A DNA stretch of 64,000 nt, from NCBI GenBank assembly GCA_012295275.1, contig CM022677.1, positions 20,398,001-20,462,000 of the forward strand. Reading direction: 5' to 3'. This DNA is from Chrysomallon squamiferum (Eukaryota > Animalia > Mollusca). The position numbers and the translations under genes are program-made. Within the stretch, counting starts at the first letter, position 1. Each line of letters begins with the position of its first letter. Positions 33,228 to 64,000 of the stretch are shown piece after piece. The notes beneath the pieces were generated by a model. The model saw nothing but the letters and a program-made list of their open reading frames with translations. It did no database searches and was not told the DNA's origin.

Positions 33228-36200
33228 TCTCTCTTGAATATTGAGAACGAAAAGAAATAAAAAAAAAAAACGATGCTAGGAAGCAAGGCTGCTTTGATCT
33301 GGAGGTTCAAAGAACAAACAACGAAGTTAATGTAATAATTGGTGTTCAGTTGGCGACCGGACTAAAATCCCTTGCGGTTTGATGGATTGCCGTCCCCTGC
33401 TTTAATTGTTAGTGCTGACACACACACACACACACACACATACACACACACAGACACACACACACACACATACAAAAGAAAAACTACTTATTTGGAACGC
33501 TAAAGAGGGTAATCATCAATAGCATAAAATGAAATAAAATTTAAAAAAAAAAAAAAAATGTATAAAATAAAAATAAAGCATTTAATAGAAATTCTTATTA
33601 TTATTATTATTACTTCTTTTTTTCTTTAAGTCTTACGAAAGAAGAAAAAAAAAGTGTTAATGGTTTTAGTTTTGCTAACCGGTTTCAGTTTTATAATAAA
33701 TCTATTGAATTAGAGTTGAAACGTAACGCAAGTTCTGATAGATTTTTTTCTTTATTGGTATTTTGTGTCGTTATGGCATTATACACTATTGTTCTTATTA
33801 TAGGAAAGAATTTTGTTTTGTATTTCTGCGAGATTCTGTGGCCTGAAAGAAAATAAAATAAAATTAAAATTAAAAAAAAGAAAAAATAAATTGTCGAAAA
33901 TAGATTTGGTTTTATCAATAAACAAACAGCGCAATAATATATTAAATATGACATCATTTCCTCAAAAACTGATGACGTCGTATACAAGAAATGATTCCGG
34001 ACGATATCAACGTAAATGGTTATACAGGCAAGTTTTACTACAACAGATGTAAACATTGTTTCTACATTTCTATTTTCTTTTTATTTCCTTTCTTTTTTTA
34101 TTTCTTCCTGCTCAAGCTTTACTGTCTAATTCAAAATATAAATCTCATGGATTAATTTAGGTATTTAATACACAATAACAGTAAATATCTTGTTTTATTT
34201 TGAGTAAAATGACTTTAATAAATAGAGCTTCCTTGGATATAGTTCAGTGAGTTGTTGTACTGTTTTTACTGATACCATTTATTACAGATATGATTTAATT
34301 AGGTGATATTGTCCAGACTTTTCTTATTATTTTTTTTTTTACCTCAGTCAAACTTGTTAATTCAAACACAGTTGTCCCCCATTTCTTAGACTTAAACGGA
34401 AAGCACCGGTCCTGGAAATGGAAAAATCTGGGAAATCGCGAATATAAATATTAACCCTAAAATTTACCGAAACATTATACTTTTTTTTTTTTTTTTTTTT
34501 TTTACACGTAACAGCTATAAAATGCAGTAATAAATAACGTAAGAACAATATATCAGAGACGTCTGGTTCTAACTTCTGACTGACACTAAAATGAATGATG
34601 TTTTCCTCGTTAAGCCAGGGCATTTCTGGTCACAAAAAAAAAAAAAATAAATACAAAATAATTTTTTTTAATTATAATGATGATGCTTTGGAGGAAATAC
34701 AGCACACAAATTTACAACTGCCATCTACCGGACACTTCAAGAAATGCCAGTTCTTTTCTGTGAAATCGCGTTAAGTTCGAATTTTGTGATTTGTTTTGCA
34801 ACTGTCGTCCCCATTTACTGAAACCCGGTAAACTGAGGTCCATGAAATCGAGTGTGAAAAGTAATGGAAAAAAAAAAAAAAAAAAGGAAACCAAAAAGAA
34901 TAATATGTACATCATATATTAAAAGTGTTAAAATACATATAACAAAGAAAGAAAGGTACCCATTTTCGCTATAGATATTCTCTTTTATTTATATTATTTT
35001 AGAGATAATAATTTGAAGATTGTTCATCAGTAATGAACGTAGAATGTATGCAAACAAACAATGAGAGAAAAGTGCTATATACTTACAATCCTTCTGTGGT
35101 GCAGTTAAAAAAATATATTCACTATTCTTAATTTGTATTATTATTGTTGTTGTTGTTTATTTATTCATTATTATTATTTATTTACTATTATTTTAATCAT
35201 ATATCAAAATTATTTAATTTAAATTAAATATGTAAAATAATTGAACCTTTTCAAAATTTTGAGTATGTTGTATTTTCAGAATGGAAGGTCGACGTACAGG
35301 TTGAGTATCACGTATCCATAATGACTGAAGTGTCTCAGATTTGGGAATACAAGAAGTTAGCGTAGGAATGCAGTCCAATTTTAAACACGAAATCCATTTG
35401 CCGGTACTTTTCACACACATGTTCAAAGAGGCAATCTGCAGACAGTTTAACGTAACAAATTTGATCAATTCTGTCCGTGAAGCAAAGGTTGGGTGATGGG
35501 CTTTAGGCCCGGGGCTCTTCAACATCCGCCAAATTTCTCCTTTCGTACAATTTATTACAGTAATAAATATTATTGTTTAATGAAGTAATAAGGGAAATAA
35601 TATCTTCTTATCAGACAAACGTTTAATTAGCATGAAGCAAAGCTATATCAAGACACCGGTTCTGCAGTGTAAAGTCAAGCATATATTTGCATCTAGTTAC
35701 TGAAGTCGTTAATCTCTCGACAAACTAATCCAGAATGCAGCTTAACGCAACCTTAGCGTGTCTCGTATCAAAATGGATTCCTATAAACTGACTTCAGTGA
35801 GGCGCATGGAAGGTTTTCAGTTTATATATAGTGTTAGCATTTGACACTAAAAGAAAAGAAAAAGCTTGCATGGAGCTCTGCTTTTGGTATGGTCCTAGGC
35901 TTTCATGCTTAATGCGGCACTGTCTTAACTACGACAAATTTAATTGTTAGCAAAAGGTTTCGGAATTTCAGACAGAAGATGCTCAGCCTGTACTTACATA
36001 GAACTGAGAAAGGCCAACAAATCAAACAGAAGGGGCGATGAACAAAAACATTTTTTTTTTTTTTTTTTGATGTACAAACTTGATTGTTACTCTGTTAACA
36101 GATGTTAGATCAAAGCTGTCTTCATTTGCGTCTTGAATTAAGAAAAACAAAATTTTTATAATACTATTTTTGTTGCCAAAATCATTCTCAGCCTGACAGA

Positions 36201-36514
36201 ATTACTCCTACTAATTTTGTTTATGTTAGAATCACAGTTCAGTGACTGGTTTATAATAGTTTCTTGAGGACGGGAATGCGCACACACACACGCACGCACG
36301 CACGCACGCACACACACATAGAACAGCTAAACGATAAAGATCAGGCCACTTAGCGTAGGCGATGCCATTTTTTTTTTTTTTTTCGTCTTCCGGGACAGCA
36401 GCTTACCACGAGTCCGACGCGTTGCACACAGACTGCACACGTTTGAAAACACGTCTCTCTCTTTCTCACACAGGTGCTGACCGAAACTAGATATGGGAAG
36501 TTGTAAACGTCGCC

Positions 36515-62705
<26,191 letters not shown>

Positions 62706-62904
62706 TTCCTTAGTAAATTTAGTCAACAGAACTGACTGTCACAAAATTGGACACAGTGGATTTTAAAAGTGTTAAAAAGATGTTGTCTGACAGATGCAGG
62801 AACCCTCTGTAGATCATTGTCCATTTGATTGTATGAATATTGACATTTCAGTGCATGTATCTGTCAGTTGGCCTGCCTACCTACCTTTTTATATATCTAC
62901 ATAC

Positions 62905-63300
62905 TTCCCTACTATTTAGCTATCTCTCATTCTACTTAATTACAAATATACTTCCCTACTACCTAGCTATCTCTCATTCCACTTAATTACAGACGTATTT
63001 CTCCACTGTCTAGCTATCTCTCATTCCACTTAATTACAGACATATTTCTCCACTGTCTAGCTATCTCTCATTCCACTTAATTACAGACATATTTCTCCGC
63101 TGTCTAGCTATCTCTCATTCCACTTAATTACAGACATATTTCTCTGCTGTCTAGCTATCACTCATTCCACTTAATTACAGACATATTTCTCCACTGTCTA
63201 GCCATCTCTCATTCCACTTAATTAAAGACATATTTCTCCACTGTCTAGCTATCTCTCATTCTACTTAATTACAGACATTTCTCTGCTGTCTAGCTATCTT
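62905..63300. repeat. About 47-bp minisatellite downstream of the gene C stop
   Basis: ctagctatctctcattccacttaattacagacatatttctccactgt repeated about 8 times. Confidence 0.93.
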
Positions 63301-63642
63301 CTACCTACCTATCTCTTCATCTACCTACCTATATCTCAACCTACCTACCTACCTACCTATCTCTCTCTACCAGCCTATCTAACTCTACCTATCTCTCTAC
63401 CTACCTCTCTACCTACCTATTGATCTACCTATCGATCTACCTACCTCTCTACCTATCATTTCATCCATCCATTCATATCTCTCTTATCTCTCTACATATC
63501 TACTTAACAGTGCTACCTGTTTACCAATCCATCTCTTTATACATTTATCTTTTTAGCAGTATTTTTATTTAAATATCTGATTACCAGTCTATTTACATAA
63601 CTACCAGTCTGTCTATTTATAATATATCTCTCTACTGTCTGT

Positions 63643-63708
<66 letters not shown>

Positions 63709-64000
63709 ATGTGTGTCAACACACACACAACTATGTCTGTCCATTAACCTCTACAGGTCTCTCCCATTTTCTGACTAATAATGAGAAGATAACTGTCAAT
63801 GGTAAATTTAAGGAGGGGAGAGAATGCATACTGTACACTCTGTAGTCATATAAATAAATAAAATAGTTGTGTGCTCCTGTATAAATTGTCCACTTAATGA
63901 GACTTAATAAAAACATCACATTTTTTTTTTATTAGACACAAAACAGAACTGTTGTCATCTTCCAAAATATTATGTTAAGTATCCAAATCTGTTTTCTCTG

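Noticed and set aside
35280-35299. Possible ATG-containing upstream exon of gene C (ttttcag|AATGGAAGGTCGACGTACAG|gttgag)
   Set aside because: Splicing to 36474 gives an early TAG, and the LRR ORF already has its own start and signal peptide; at most a UTR exon, unsupported.

Overview
AT-rich, microsatellite-dense animal (invertebrate-like) genomic DNA; the style suggests a mollusc/cephalopod, but that is inference only. Almost every ORF in the supplied track is a microsatellite artefact. Reading splice sites by hand gives three head-to-tail, + strand, intron-rich genes for single-pass type I membrane proteins. Gene A (3' part only, 338-19707): 7 one-exon EGF-like modules, 4 linker micro-exons, a TM exon, then a cytoplasmic tail built partly from 23 tandemly duplicated 15-nt micro-exons hidden inside an apparent intronic satellite (10.8-18.9 kb). 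Gene B (23423-31006): signal peptide, 5 TSP1 domains, TM, short basic tail. Gene C (36515-62705, about 1220 aa as modelled): signal peptide, LRR domain, 2 TSP1-like domains, 19 EGF-like modules, TM, and an SRKGS-repeat tail. Genes A and C look paralogous. Tandem repeats repeatedly start at splice sites. Several 1-nt indels, mostly in homopolymers, interrupt the models and are probably assembly errors. All gene models are manual, with no transcript or database support.
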